In this document: positions 24,780-37,870 of the stretch, one piece after another | Numbering within the stretch: the stretch's first letter is position 1 | Layout of the letters: each line of letters begins with the position of its first letter | NCBI RefSeq assembly: GCF_000315625.1 | Contig: NW_005434555.1 | Coordinates: 1-64,000 of the forward strand | Direction of reading: 5' to 3' | Origin: Guillardia theta CCMP2712 | Lineage: Eukaryota > Protista > Cryptophyta | Length of the DNA: 64,000 nucleotides | The notes under the pieces: generated by a model | Seen by the model: the letters and a program-made list of their open reading frames with translations, nothing else | Databases searched by the model: none | Told to the model about the DNA's origin: nothing | Made by a program: the position numbers and the translations under genes

Positions 24780-27273
24780 GCGGTTCTTACCGCACGTGAC
24801 AGCGAAGGATGCTCAGCCATTAACTCAACAGATTATGTGCTGGCAAAGAGCAGGAGTGCTCTTATGAGCAAGTTGCATTTCTTAGATCAAGAGGACCGCG
24901 AAGGATTGTACTTGCAGGTGAGAAACTGTGTCACTGACAGATAGAATGGGAGAGAGGGGAAGGAGACTGCTCTGACTTTTTTCAGGCCATTGGGGATGTG
25001 GAGACGATTGCAGTGAGCAAGACGCTCACGTTGTCGGCTTTCAATGAGATGAAGAAAATCTTTGAAACGAGCTTGCAAAGACTAGCGCCAGAAGAGCATG
25101 AGACCAAGCAAACAAAAGGCAAAGTGGACGCTTTCGCGCTTCGAGCAAACGCTTCAATCTTCATACCACGAGATCATTTGCTCGCCGCTATGGTACAACC
25201 TTCTCTTCTGTTCTACATGTCCCACACATGATTTCTGATGTTTGGATATCAACAGCACAAGATGAGATTCTTCACCGCATGGGTGAGAACTTTTCTTATT
25301 CTAAGGGACTTTCCCTTCCCTGCGCTTTGACCTGCCTTCTTCCTTTCCTTCCAATCACCTTCTCCTGTCTCCCTTTCCTGCGTATGTTTTCGTCCTCTCG
25401 CATTTCTCTTTCTCCTAATCTCTCCGTCTTCTCCCATTCAATTTCCTCCTTCTTCCTTCTGATTTGTCTGCACGCCAGCGAGGCGATCAGAATGGGAGCC
25501 TCCTCATCCACCAGGTTTCTCGCCTGCGTCACTGCAAGTCTCTCCTAGCATCGTCTCTATTTCTTCAGACAGCGTCTGACTCAAGTCGCTTTGCTCGCTT
25601 CTTCCCTCAATTCGACGGGAACATGAACGATGCAAACAGCGAGCAGCTCAACACCACATTCGATCGCTCTCCTGCTCCCACTGTCTCCTCCAATCCCTCT
25701 CCCGCTTCTTCTTCACCTCCTGCTCCCACTGCTCCCCTCTCTCCCCTTGCAGCTGTCTCCTCCCTTCCCTCTCCCGCTCCTTCTTCACCTTCCGCTTCAG
25801 CTGCTCCCTCCCTTCCCACTCCCGCCTCGTTTCCTCGCTCTTCTCCTCCATCTGCTTCGCTTCATACGAATTCTGTTCCTGTTTCCCTTGATCCTTCCCT
25901 TCCACCACCCGCTGCTTCCACCGGCATGGGCTCTCCGTCACTTATGACTGTTCCTCCTTTTCCTTCTCCTCTACTTTCGCCTCCCTCCCCACTCGCTGCC
26001 CCTGCCCCTGCCCCTGCCCCTGCCCCTGCCCCTGCCCCTGCCCCTGCCCCTGCCCCTGCCCCTCTCCGTGATGACAACAGGGAAGAGGATTTTGGGAGCA
26101 TCCAAGGAGAAAAGAATTTGGGTTTTGCTAGGGCTGAAAGAATTGAGAGTGAGGAGTGTGTAAAGCTCCGTGGAGCTGAAAATGGAGCTTCAAGAAACAC
26201 TCTTTCTTCATCCTCTTCTCAAGACAATATGGCGTTCAGTTCGAAATTTCATCCGCATGAAGGAGCACAACACTTTGCCGATGCTTTCGAAGTCATCGAA
26301 CCTCCCGTCATGGTCTCTCTTCCCTCCCTCCTTCTCCTCCCTCCTCCTGCCTCCTCCTCCTCCCTCCCTCTCTCCCTCCTTCCCTCCTCCCCTCTCCCTC
26401 CTTCAGCTTCCCGCACTTCTTCTGTGACTGCTCCTCGTCTACCCGCTACTTCCTAGGTCATGTCTCCTTTCCTCTAACAGTGCCTGGCAGGATTTTAATT
26501 TTTCATCTTCGCGGGAAGTGGATTTCTCTTCTAGCTCGAATGCTGAGGAAACGTTCGATCCTGTCAGCTTCTTGAAGAGCAGGAAGGAAATGATGGACGC
26601 TCTCTCTGAGTCCGACGACCTTGCACCGGCTGACATGCAGGGCGAAGGAGCAGAGAGAAGTGCTGGGGAAGGAGGGAGGGGAGAAGGGGAGGAAGGAGGG
26701 GGAAAGATCGACGAGCGGTTTGTTGATGGAAAGGACCATTATCGCATCGACGAGGAGGTCACCGAGCTCATCAAGAAGGGCAAGTACAACCCCGAGGACC
26801 TTCAAACTGCTCCTGCTTTCCGCGAGCCTCGCGTGCCGGTCCCGCGCAAGATGACGATGGAAGAGGTGAGGAGGAGACGTGGAGTCTTGCCCAGCCTGAC
26901 ATCTGCTGCAGCTCATTGAGCACTACAACAAGCAGCAGCCAGAAGAGGAGGAGGAGTCGGTCGATCAGTGGACCAACGATGTGACGGATGCTAAGGCGAA
27001 ACCTGCTCCCGCTAGGAAACCGAAAAAACCGATTAAGTTCATCGGCCCTGATGGAAACCTTTACCTCATGCGAGAGAAACCCCAGGGACAAGTGCAGGTC
27101 TGCCTCAGCTCTCATCGCCATTCCCTCGCTGCTCTTCCTTCCATCCCGTCCTCTTCCAATCCGACAGCTGTTTAGTTCACTCCGACAAAATTGATGCTGA
27201 TCAGTTTGCACAGGAAATGCCGTCATCTGTCGAGGAAGACGAAGAAGAGATTGATGTTGAAGATGGTTGGTAA
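24780..27273 (+). CDS. Hypothetical Pro/Ser-rich protein (may or may not be joined to the CS gene)
   Basis: A chain of ORF segments with GT-AG introns, a Pro/Ser-rich exon at 25570-26310, and an acidic end EEEIDVEDGW*. Confidence 0.5.
25998..26062 (+). repeat. (CCCCTG)n hexamer encoding (Pro-Ala)n
   Basis: About 11 perfect copies inside the exon. Confidence 0.95.
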
Positions 27274-27319
27274 GGACGTCGAAAGCTGTATGCATTTATA
27301 ACAAAGGAAATTCACTTCT

Positions 27320-30070
27320 TTCATGTATGCATTATAACAAAGGGAGTACTTGCACCTTGAATCCCTTTCAAGTCCACAATCCCTCCGATAGATCCCAAGT
27401 CTCTCCCAGTTGGTCTTCTCTCGTATATGTTTCTTCTTTTGATTGCTTTTCCAAGGCTCTTCTCGTTTCTTCTCGAGTATCCTTCTCACCATTTCTTCCC
27501 TTCCGCTCCCCTACCTTCCCATGTCTTCTTCTGTCCTCCTCCTCCCTTGCTCCCCGCAAGCTTGCCTTGGCCTCCTCGACTTGAGTTAAGCTGTCAGGAG
27601 CCAGACGGCGAAGAAGCTCTTCTGCAAAGCTGCTGGTCAGCTGAGAACGGAAACAGTAGTCGCAGAAGATGGAGGATGGAGAATGAAGAAACGAGAAAGA
27701 GGGGGTGGGGATGGCAGGGGCTGAGGACAAAGCAACCAGGTAGCATGTTTGTGAGGAGATCGACGGTGTCCAGAGCAGCAAGGAGATTCTCCCTAGTCCT
27801 CTCCACCTGGGGGAAGTCAAAAGAGTACCAGAACCTCCTTTCCTCTCCTCTCACCTCCTCGACCAGCCGCTTCTCGCGCTCCATCATGATGCTCGCAAAT
27901 TCAGCTCGCTCTCTGTCGATCAAGGCGAACAAGCGCAGGAGCAGTCAGATAATCGCGGGATCATGAAATATGTTAGTCTGATCACCTCTGCAATACCTCC
28001 ATAGATTTCTCATGCTCTCGAATATAATGCTCCATCTGCTCAACCTGTTTCGCTCCTCATTTGCCTTCCCTGCTCCTCCTCCCGTACCTCGTACAAGCTG
28101 GCGCCATCCTCGTCGCCCTCGTCTTTGCGCTTCTCTTCCAGGCTGCTGCTGCTGCTGCTGCTCTCCTCCTGCCTCTTGTCTTCGTCACACCTGTCTCCCA
28201 GTGTTGCCTCTGCAAAGAGCCCCAAGGTGGAGGAAAGGAGACGACGGCGGTTTGACGCGTGAAGGAGCTGGAGGCTCCGATGCCTCCGTCTTAGACACGC
28301 CACGAAATCTTTCCATGTAGCGAGACACACGACTTTCACCCACCTCTTCCTCGCCTGCTCCCCAGCTGCCACGACCTTCTCCTCTGCTCGCATGCCCCTT
28401 GCTCTGCCAACGCAGAACTCGCGCCATCTCCCCAAGCAGCTGCAAGCAGCTCGACGCCGGTGGTGACGTTGAGAGTCTTGGAGAGCAGAGAGAATGAGAT
28501 GGGTGCGGAAAGACCAAGCAGAGAGCGAGCGATGCAGAGAGAGAAGACGTTGGGCACTGCAGGAGCCGTGAGGAGACTCATGTCCTCTTTCTCTCTTCTC
28601 TTCACCTCTGCTGCTTGTCCAGCAGCACTTGTCGGCAGCGCAACAACCGGTCAAGTTTTAGCTCCATCGTGCTTCTTTCGTTGATTTCCGCAGGCAGCGT
28701 GTTTGACGTGGACAAAGAATCTTCAATACTGCTGACAGACACAAACTGCTCGTAAAGCGCTTGAAACATCTTCTCCGACGAGTCCTTCACTCCTTGCACC
28801 TGATTGCTTCTTCGTGAGGAATACATGTGAGTATGGAACTTACCTGATGAATCGCCAAATTCACCCGGTCATGCAAATCTTTCATCTGAAAAAAGAAAAG
28901 AATCTTACATTCCTCATCATCATCACCACCACCACATCCTCATGGCCTCCTCAGACATTATCGTCTTTATCACTACTGTCGAAGGCATTGTAACACCTGA
29001 AATCGATAGACAATCTCTTTTGTTGGCGTCTTATGCTCGAGCTCGCTGTCTGAGCTGCTGCCCTTGAACAACATCTTTCTGGCTGAGTTGGAATCCTGAC
29101 GAGGAGACAGAAAGTCGTTTTCTGACTTTGCTGCTTCAGTAGCTTGAACGCACTCCCTCGCGAGCTCGAGCTTTAGAGCTGTCGTAGCGAGATGCCTGAC
29201 ATATATCTCAAGTGAGCTCATATAACAATTCCAAGCTGCGTACTCAGCTGATAACGAGCAAAGACTCGAAGTTGCTTCCTGCAGAATCACTTCAGCCCCT
29301 TCAGGTCCTCTGCTCGCATGTGCTCGCATGTGCTCGCCTGCATGGCCGCCAGTTGTTGGGCAAGGGATGAAGCATATGATCGTAGATCGCTAACCGTCGT
29401 ACCTGCTGAAGTTCAGAATCAACAGCGCACAACGAAAGACAGCAAAGAGATGTCGAAAGAGATGTCGACCTTTTGCATCGCTGATGCAAGCTTTCTTGTC
29501 AGATTTGAGCGTGTCTTGTGTGACAGTCGATTTGACAGGAGAGAAACAGGTTCTTGGACTTGGTAGAGGAGGTTTGGACTTGAACTCAGAATGTCCATCT
29601 TCGCTTTTCCATGCCCGCTGCAATGAACGCAACGGAGGATGCCGCGATGTCTCGTTCGGGAGGAGAGGAGGAGACGGTTCTCGATCGGAGGACTGCGAGG
29701 ATTGGGAACTTTGATAGTCGAACTCACTTCTTCGAGAGAACGATGTGGAAGGAAGCTTGGGCTCAGGTTGCAAGGCGTGTGGCCTGGGGGATCGAGGAGA
29801 GGTTTGAAAAGCACGAGCCAAGTTTGAGAGAGCACGAGTAGGAGGGATCTGACTTGAAGCTGTAGGTTGACCTCCTTGCACTGAGTCAGCGCGCAGCTGC
29901 GATATTTGACGATCCCAAACAAGGACAGCATTCCTCACGGCAGTCCCCCCAGCCTCGCCTGAGCCTCCTGCTCCTGCTGCCGCCTCCATGCCTCTCGCCT
30001 CCATGCTCGGTGTGTTGTAGTAGCCTGCTGCGCCTCTTCCTCTTCCGCCTCCATCTCCTCCCTCCGCCAT
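27320..30070 (-). CDS. Hypothetical protein with helical, Trp/Arg-rich (Sfi1-like?) segments
   Basis: Start MAEGGDGGG. Exons include CLGRWREF...VCLATWKDFV...LLSSTLGLF. The family assignment is weak. Confidence 0.5.
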
Positions 30071-30483
30071 TTCTTCCTTGATGGCTCTAGTCAACCGCCC
30101 GTTATTTCGGCCGCGGGCCTCCAACAAAGGCAGGCGGCTCGGAGCGGCCGGTCTCAGTCACTCAAAGTTACGCTCTGCTTGGTTGGAGTAGAGGTGTTCG
30201 CTGCCTTTTCTGTTTCCTAGTAGTACCTTGTTGAGGCGGGTTTGTAGGATCAGTCAATACACCTTCTACAGTCTTCTCTTCTTGCCGTATGGGCAGGATC
30301 GAGGAGATGGCGAACAGAAGGAGAATGGAAAGAGGGATGAACGAATAACGATGTGTGAGAAATGAAGAGATCACGATGAGACGAGAGAGAGAAAGAGTGA
30401 AAGGATGAGATAGATGAAATTTTGTGGATGAGGAGAAGGTATTCCTCTTCTCCTCCTTTCGCACTAAATCAGCCGCTGCAGTT

Positions 30484-31786
30484 ATGGTGCTGAAGGTAGA
30501 GAAAAGAAGCGTCAGAGTTGAGGTTCCCAATGGATCCAACCTGCTGTTTGGATCGTTCTCGATGCAGGTAGCACAACGGATGTTCAACACAATCGGCTGA
30601 CTCCCAGCCAGGTCTGGGTGAAACCCAAGTCCTGGAGCGACGAAGAAGGCTACCAGCGAGAGCCCGGATGGCCTGTCATCCTCTGCAAGAGCAGGTGAGC
30701 ATTCAAGGACAGGACAGTTAGCCTCACTGTAGCACGAAGGAGCTGGACAGATGGGTTTGGCATGTATGGAAGTCCTCCGAACACGATTCATGCGTACATC
30801 AATGAATGGAACAAGAACAACGTGTCTGCGAGGTGACTGCGCAACGAGACCTGCCAGCATGAACGGTGTCTGCAGCATCGACATCAACAAGTGGAGCTGC
30901 ATCCTCATGACCTACCACTTCAAGCCGGAAGGAGGGGTCCATGCCATCCGCTGAGAGCCGTCGAGAGCATGCTGATATGATTTACTAGGTGCTTCAACTG
31001 TATGTCAATGGCAAGCTCGTAGGAAGCAGAGACGGTCTGCCGCCAATGAGGAAGAATGATGCGGTGCAGTGAATGTGCTGGTCTCAGCCTTGTGTGACCC
31101 TCATGCAGCCGCTTGTCATCGGGAGCACACAATGGGGGGACATGGGCTGGTACGCATTCCATGGAAGCATCGGCCCTGTTGGTCTCCTCCTCGTCCTTCG
31201 AGGCCTCACTTGAGTCAGGTGACCTTCTGGAATCGTGCGCTCAAGGAGAGTGAAGTTGGACGGGTGATGGATCGGCATCCTGTTAGGGGAGAGGGTAAGA
31301 GAGGAGACTGGTTCTCTTCGCACCTGACTGATTGAACATGACAAGATGTGGTTCTAAGTTTAGAGCTCAACGAGACGAACTCGAAGGAAGCGATCGACTC
31401 GAGTGCATCGGCCAGCAATGGCTTGTACATGGACAGCCTGACGCCCATCAACAGGTTACCAGCTTATGGTTCAGTCCTCATCTTTTCGCTTCTTCTATTT
31501 GCAACCTCATTGGCTGTTCATAACTTCCCTTTTCCTTTTCGTAACCCCCCCTATATTGCATATTGCCATGTGCTCACTGATGGGACATCGTTCTTATGTC
31601 GAGGATTTGCTAATGCTCTGCAGGTCACAACTACCATTCGATGAAGATGGTTCCTTGCCGTGGGAGAAGAACAAGGACAGCACAGATATAATCCCTTCAT
31701 GGTTGAACACGCGGACGATGTTAATGGGTGTGGGAGGTTCTGTTGTGCTGATATTTGTCATGAGGCGCTTACTTAAGACGTCTTGA
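30484..31786 (+). CDS. LamG/concanavalin-A-like domain protein with a C-terminal transmembrane helix
   Basis: Spliced FSMQ|VWVKP, NKWSCILMTY, LQLYVNGKLV and QVTFWNRALKESEV. C-terminus MLMGVGGSVVLIFVMRRLLKTS*. The start is uncertain. Confidence 0.7.
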
Positions 31787-31937
31787 CGTTCATTGATTGA
31801 GTGAAATAACTTCATCTTCTTTGTGTTGAAGCACACTATACATACATATTAACAGCGAACAAGGTCAGGCACACGCAGAAGCTGATGGAGAGACATCAAC
31901 ATCAGCCTCCTTCCTGTTAGCTAGCGCATCAAACGAA

Positions 31938-33872
31938 TCAATAAGCCCACTTATAGACCATCGAGGGGTTGGGCAGGCTAGTGCAGGCCATCACACACAT
32001 CTCCGTTCCGGTTGCAAGCTCAACGTCTGGTGTCTGCACAGACAGCTGGGGGTTGACGTTGAGGAGCTGCTTCACTGTAGTCGAGAACTTTCCTGTCAAG
32101 AAGGCTCAGCCCCTAGTCGTCGCCACCAACAACACCCGACCTGCGATGGAGGCGAGCGTCTCCCCGGCCATGGTGTGGTAGACAGGCCCGACCTTGATGA
32201 TGTCGCCCACGGCGAGGTTCATGTCGGGATCTGGCACGCGAGTTCTGAGGCGGCAGTGAGAGCAAGTCGCAAGTCAAGATGATGATCATTACGGGTTTGC
32301 ATTCCACAGGTTGAGCCAGTTGGTGCTCAGCTGATACCTGCGGTGAGTCAGGTCGACCGCACAAGCTCCATCAACCGACCTTCGTGTGAGGGTTGTCAAG
32401 GTGTCCATGGGCACAACGGTGTAGGCGCAGAGCTCAATCTTCAAGCTCAAGGTGCTGGTGAGTGGTGGGACGATGCGTTTCGAGTCCCCACAGGAGAAGA
32501 CCCAGTTGAAGGTGTGACCCTCGTCGCCTCTCAAGGGGAAGTACTTGAACAAGTAGGTCACTTCCTTCTCCCCGTTCTGATAAGTGGTGCTGTTCACCAG
32601 TGTGATGTTTCCCCTCAGCGGGCCTTGTACATCAACTCTGGGAACATAGTTGGAATAACACATCACGTGCATCGAATACTCAGTTCCGACAAAGGCACGT
32701 TGGACCGTTGAGGGCGCCTGCAACGTCCATTTCGAATTTGGAAGCAAGATTCCAAACTTGATGGCTGACATAGGAGAAACCTTGTTTGCACAACCATATA
32801 AAGTGGTCTGTTCCGTCTGCGCATAGAAGAAGGCATAGAGGTACTGGGTTGGTCCACCCAGCACGATAGGGTCGAGTAGGTTGTTTGCCTTGGGAGTCCA
32901 AGAGATCTTGTAGCAAGCATTCTCCGTAGAATTTGTGGGGCAGGGCTCCGGGTCCACACGCATGCCAATGGGTATTCCAGGATCAACTGCGACGAAGAAT
33001 TTGGCCCTGCTGCCATAGTTGAAGGTTATGGCGGCCACGTGAACCTCGAGGGGCTCTTCAAGGAAAACTCCTCGATTAATCTGAGTGTTCATGTTGTACA
33101 TGCCGAAGTCAAACACATTGATCGACTTCCCATTGATCACTTCCGTTCGCCCCGGCGTCAAGACACAAGGCTGAGTCACTCCACATGTGAACGTCTGAGC
33201 TGGAAAGGTCTGGAACTTCGGGGCACCAAGAAATGGAGTGAAATCAATCTTGGGCGTGAGCTCAAAATAAGGGTTACCGCAAACAACGAAATGAAACGTC
33301 TTGTTGCAAGCTGAGTTGTTCGAAGGCAGATTTGCAAACATGTACTCGGCTGACATGGTCATGTTGATGATGCCCGGCTTGACAGTGACTGATTCTTGCG
33401 CTGTCAAGTTCCATGAGAAGGTCAGCAACGAGACGTTGTTGTTGGGGCGAGAGAACTTAGACCAGGCTGTCGCTGTGGCAGGGGGAGTATAGGTGGGGTT
33501 CATGAAGTCCAAATTGGACCAGATGGTAGGCCTGAGAAGGAAGGCAACCTCGTTGGGGGTTGCGGTCTCATACGAGTTGATTCGCATGGTGACTGCCCCG
33601 TAGACAGGATGCATGGCGGCAACAGAGAAGGTGAACTTTTCCAGGAATGAGACGTTGTACCAAGCATCTGCACACTGCTGAACGACAGGGCAAGTAGGGA
33701 GGTACAAGGGCGAGGTACAAGGCTTCGTGGGGCTGACCCAGGAGGTGTTCTGACCATGAGAAGTGGGCAAGGAAGAGAGGAGGAGGAGGAGAGAAGACAA
33801 GAGGTGGGAGGAGCTTGCGAAACAGCTCCAGGAGCGCACGCACCGCTGCATGCCGCTTCTCTCACTCGGCAT
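31938..33872 (-). CDS. Secreted protein with two C-terminal LysM domains
   Basis: Hydrophobic leader LLSSLLLLLSSLPTSHG. LysM segments CAYTVVPMDTLTTLTRR|YQLSTNWLNLWNANP and YHTMAGETLASIA|KFSTTVKQLLNVNPQL. Confidence 0.82.
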
Positions 33873-34174
33873 GCCCAGTACAGACCCTCTGCTCGAAAGG
33901 TCAAGCGACAACATCAAAATTGTCTTTAAATTTCACTATGCAATTTCAAATATTTATAGTCTCATTTACGGGTATTGGACCCAATTGAGATGAGATTTTG
34001 ACAAGATGGGAGTACAAAGGGTCGGCATGAGAGTTTGACGAGAAGAGGGGAGGAAGAGGAAAGGAAAGAGGAACGACGATAGAAGCAGAGAGGCAGCTGA
34101 GGACAGGAGAAGCTTGATACCAGGAAGAACAATACGAGCATCAGAAGCTACTTCCAGTGAAAAGACGAATCGTG

Positions 34175-37100
34175 ATGTCGAGATCGTTTCTTCTCTGCAT
34201 TGTGCTGCTTCTGGCTGGTCCAGCTGATTCGCAAGGTCAACTAGGTGAGTCTAGTCGCATGCCTTGTGCTCGTTTCAAACTCTCTGACCGGCTCCTCCAG
34301 CCTCTGCCCTCAGCGGCACTTTCCGCTATGGTCATTTGTTCTGGGACGCGATATCAGGAAATCGCGTGCAGTTCACCGTGGAGGCTGCTTTCACTCGCGT
34401 TGTGGATACAGGGTACTTCCGAGGGACGGAAAGGGACGGGTACGCGCAGATCGGAGACATGGTGGTGATGGTAGGACGAGAGACGCCCATGTTTGATTTC
34501 GGGGACGGCTTCATATTGGACAGGCTGACGATGAAGATCATCGCATACTCGATCGAGAGCAACTGGATTTTAGGTCAGGCAGTGTTCGAGCATGTTTACG
34601 CTACTCCCAACAACGGCGGGTCACCTTGGGTCGTGAAGTTCTCAGGATGCTGTCGGATCTCGAACCTGCTGCAAGGAGGGAACCAGCCGTGGCTGCTGCT
34701 TGGCGAGGTTGACCTGCTCCGGAGCGTCAGCTCTCCGCGATCTTTCGTTCCTCCCATGATCGGAGGGAAGTACTGTCAGAATGCTCAATACGGAGACTAC
34801 GTCACCGTCTTCATCCCTGCGGCCATGAGAGACCCGCAGGGTCGGTCTGTGTCTGCTCCCTACCTGAAAGTGGACGAGCCTACCCAGACAAACACGCTGA
34901 CACAGTTCGGCGATCAGACGGGCAACGGCATCGCCATGCTTCCGCTGAGCTACCACATCGCTACATCTGCAGAGCAGTGCGTCATTGGACAAAATGTTGA
35001 CTACTTGTTAGGGTTGCGAGGAGAACTGATAGTATGAGACAGAACGGGCTGCGTTGCTTGGGGTACTTGATACAGTCGCATGTCAACGTCCCTGCGTCCA
35101 CGGTAATCTCACTCCCCTCATACGCTCTTGTCCTGTCTGTGTGCCACCAACATGGTGGGAGGAAGCGCTGACGAGCGGGTGTGGGGTCAGATTGAAGGCG
35201 TGGTCAGAATCGACTCGGCAGAAGGAGGAGTCGTGCTCTCCACGGGATCAAGCTCCGCGACTTGTCAAGCAAGCAAGAGCTGCGAGATATCAATGATGTA
35301 CTGAATGTGCTCGTTATGCTCCGAGAGGTGACGATGTTGTGATGTCAGCTACGTGAAAGTGAACGAGACACACGTGACGGTCGGACACGAGCTGCAAATC
35401 GACAGTAACAACAATTTTAGCTTGTCCGTTGTTGCATTTGCCATGGCGGTAATGCTTCGATGCTCTCGCGCTTCTTCGTGCTCGGCCGTAGAGCGGTAGT
35501 TGCTCACTTGGCTTGCAGGAGAAGCTGGCAGTGGGTCGCTGCATGCACTTGGCGGTAGTTCGCCATTCGTTCTCTCAGAGCTCGAAGTACTACTCGACCT
35601 ACAAAGTCTACGTCAACGGGTGTGATGATCCCTGCCCTTCCTCGATACTAGTTGCTGACGTGGCGCGCGAACCTCCGTGCAGGCAAGTGCTGAGCAAGGG
35701 AGAGTATCCTCCGTGCCAAGCAGGAGGAGGGTGCACGGGAGGGCGACGCCCGGGGATTGCGCTCAAAGCCTTGTCGGAAGGAGAATCGAACCCGGTGAAG
35801 CTTGTCAAGCAGGAGTGACGCGGTGGACTCATGTTGACTGCAGGTCGAGGGTCCTCGCACGTCATACTCGACTGACTCCATGGGGTCGGGAGCCTACCTT
35901 CTGTTCGGAGGATATCGAGGAGCGGCGGGTCCCCCGTCCTACTTTCACGGGTGAGCCTGGACGCTGAGGAGTGAGGGAAGAATGTGAGCGATGCTGTGCA
36001 GATCGCTACGAGAATGGCGGTTCTGGCTGGGAGAAAGGAACGAAGGAGAGATAGTGCGGTGGTACCAGAGGCAGATTGAGCCGTCCTTGTCCAACAGCTA
36101 TGGAGACCCAACTTCCCTGTACGGGCAGAGCATGACAAGTGCGACCGACTACCAGATAGCTTCCCAGCTGCTGCTTCTGTACAGCTTTGACTGGAGTAAG
36201 GCATCGGCGGCAGACAGCTCATGTCCAGCCTACAGGACGACCTGCCGATACTCGCAAGTGAGGCCGACGTACCCGATGGGGGTAGACCAGTCGAACTACA
36301 TCCTTAAGACTGACGTAGCGAACCCGAGAGTCTCGCATGCGAGCCAGAAGTGTGTACAGGCGCCCTCAGACTCCTCGGTCAGCCCTTACGCTCTGTCGCT
36401 GCAGCTTCTTCCGGGCTACAACCAGTTGACCGTCTACTTGTCATGGGATGCCAACCTGACCGGAGTGCCTGTCGACATCGTCTCGCAAACGATCGAAGCT
36501 GTGAGCTGCAGCGGCGTCAGTCAGTTCAAGGTCGGGAGCTTGACCATCAACGAGCCGAGCTTGGAGTTCTCCGGCTTCTTCTCAAGCTCAGGCTCTGCCG
36601 ATGCCTCCACTAGCCTCCCACCGATGATGGCCAAGTTGTCGACGTTGAGTGTGACCGCGGGAACGTACCTGGAGCTGACCGTGACGAGCACGGTGACCTC
36701 GTCGAGCGACTTGTCGTCGCTGCAGGTAGGCGAGAGGTGGAGCCGGGGAGGGTGCTGACATGCGTGTTGAAAAGCTGCTGCTGGACAGCGGCAGGTCGCC
36801 GAGCACGATGTTCTTCCACGCCGCGAGGTCGACGACGTCGACGACAAGTCAGAGTGTGTCGATGAAGGTGACGTGGACCCCCTGCCAGCAGGACCTGGGG
36901 ATCAACTTCATCTGCTTCCAGTCGCATGCTCGCTTCCTCAACGGCTCGCTCTGCTCCAACCAGCTCGACCGATCATGCAAGTCGAACGCTGACTGCTCGT
37001 CTAACGGTCTGTGCATCGCCAACTACGCGACGGTCGCCATGTCTCCTCTCAAGTGCCTAGGCATCAACGTCATCGTGGAAGATGCTCCCAAGTTCAACAG

Positions 37101-37755
37101 CTCGATCCCAGCATCAGTCGAGCTGATCATGGGCAGGGAGACTGCAGTTGACCTCGGCGTGTCTGTGGCGGATTGTCAGTCGCAGGTATCGCTGGAGGTG
37201 GCGTCGGGGAGCATGCTTCCTCCGGGCGCCTCCCTATCCTCCCTGCTGGTTGCGAGCTGGGGCTGTACGGGGCGGTACAAGACGCTGAGATGGACCCCCT
37301 CGCCCAAGGTGGGCGGGTACAGCTCGCTGAGCTGCTTTGTGGCGAAGAAGCTGCTGAGCAGCTCGACCTGTGCTGGGCTCGTACCCTCGTCGTCAGAGCG
37401 GTGCATCCTTGTGACGGTGCTGCCTTGTGTGTACTCGGTGGGGCGGGACCAGCAGCTGCAGGAGATCGCGGCGCTCTTCAACATGGACTGGATCCTCTTG
37501 TGGAGCCTCAACGCCAAGGTGTTTCACCCGGACTATCTGGTCTACAGCCAGCAGAACATCAGCGTCGGGCACGTGTACAGGTCGGAGCTGGCGGACGTGG
37601 GGCTGGACGTGGTGGCGGCGAGGTTCGGGATGACGCTGAGCCAAGTGGTGGAGATGAACTTCAACCTAGCGGGTGCCGCGTTCCTGCCCAAGGGACAGCG
37701 AATGTGCGTGGTGCCCAACTCGTGTAAGGGGATGAAGCAGACGATTTATTCTTAA
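34175..37755 (+). CDS. Large secreted protein: N-terminal domain, LamG-like segment, two C-terminal LysM domains
   Basis: Leader MSRSFLLCIVLLLAGPADSQ. LamG-like YKVYVNG...FTG|SLREWRFW. LysM segments CVYSVGRDQQLQEIAALFNMDWILLWSLN and VAARFGMTLSQVVEMN. Confidence 0.8.
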
Positions 37756-37870
37756 CCGACGTGGAGCTGTAGAGGTACAAGTGTGAGGTCAGGGAGATTG
37801 TATGATAAATCGATGGGACACAAAGGAAAATACTCTCCAGCTCGAGGTCAGCTGACTCACTGTGGGGCCC

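Noticed and set aside
30168-30908. 246-aa minus-strand ORF
   Set aside because: Antisense to the LamG exons, with no recognisable domain.
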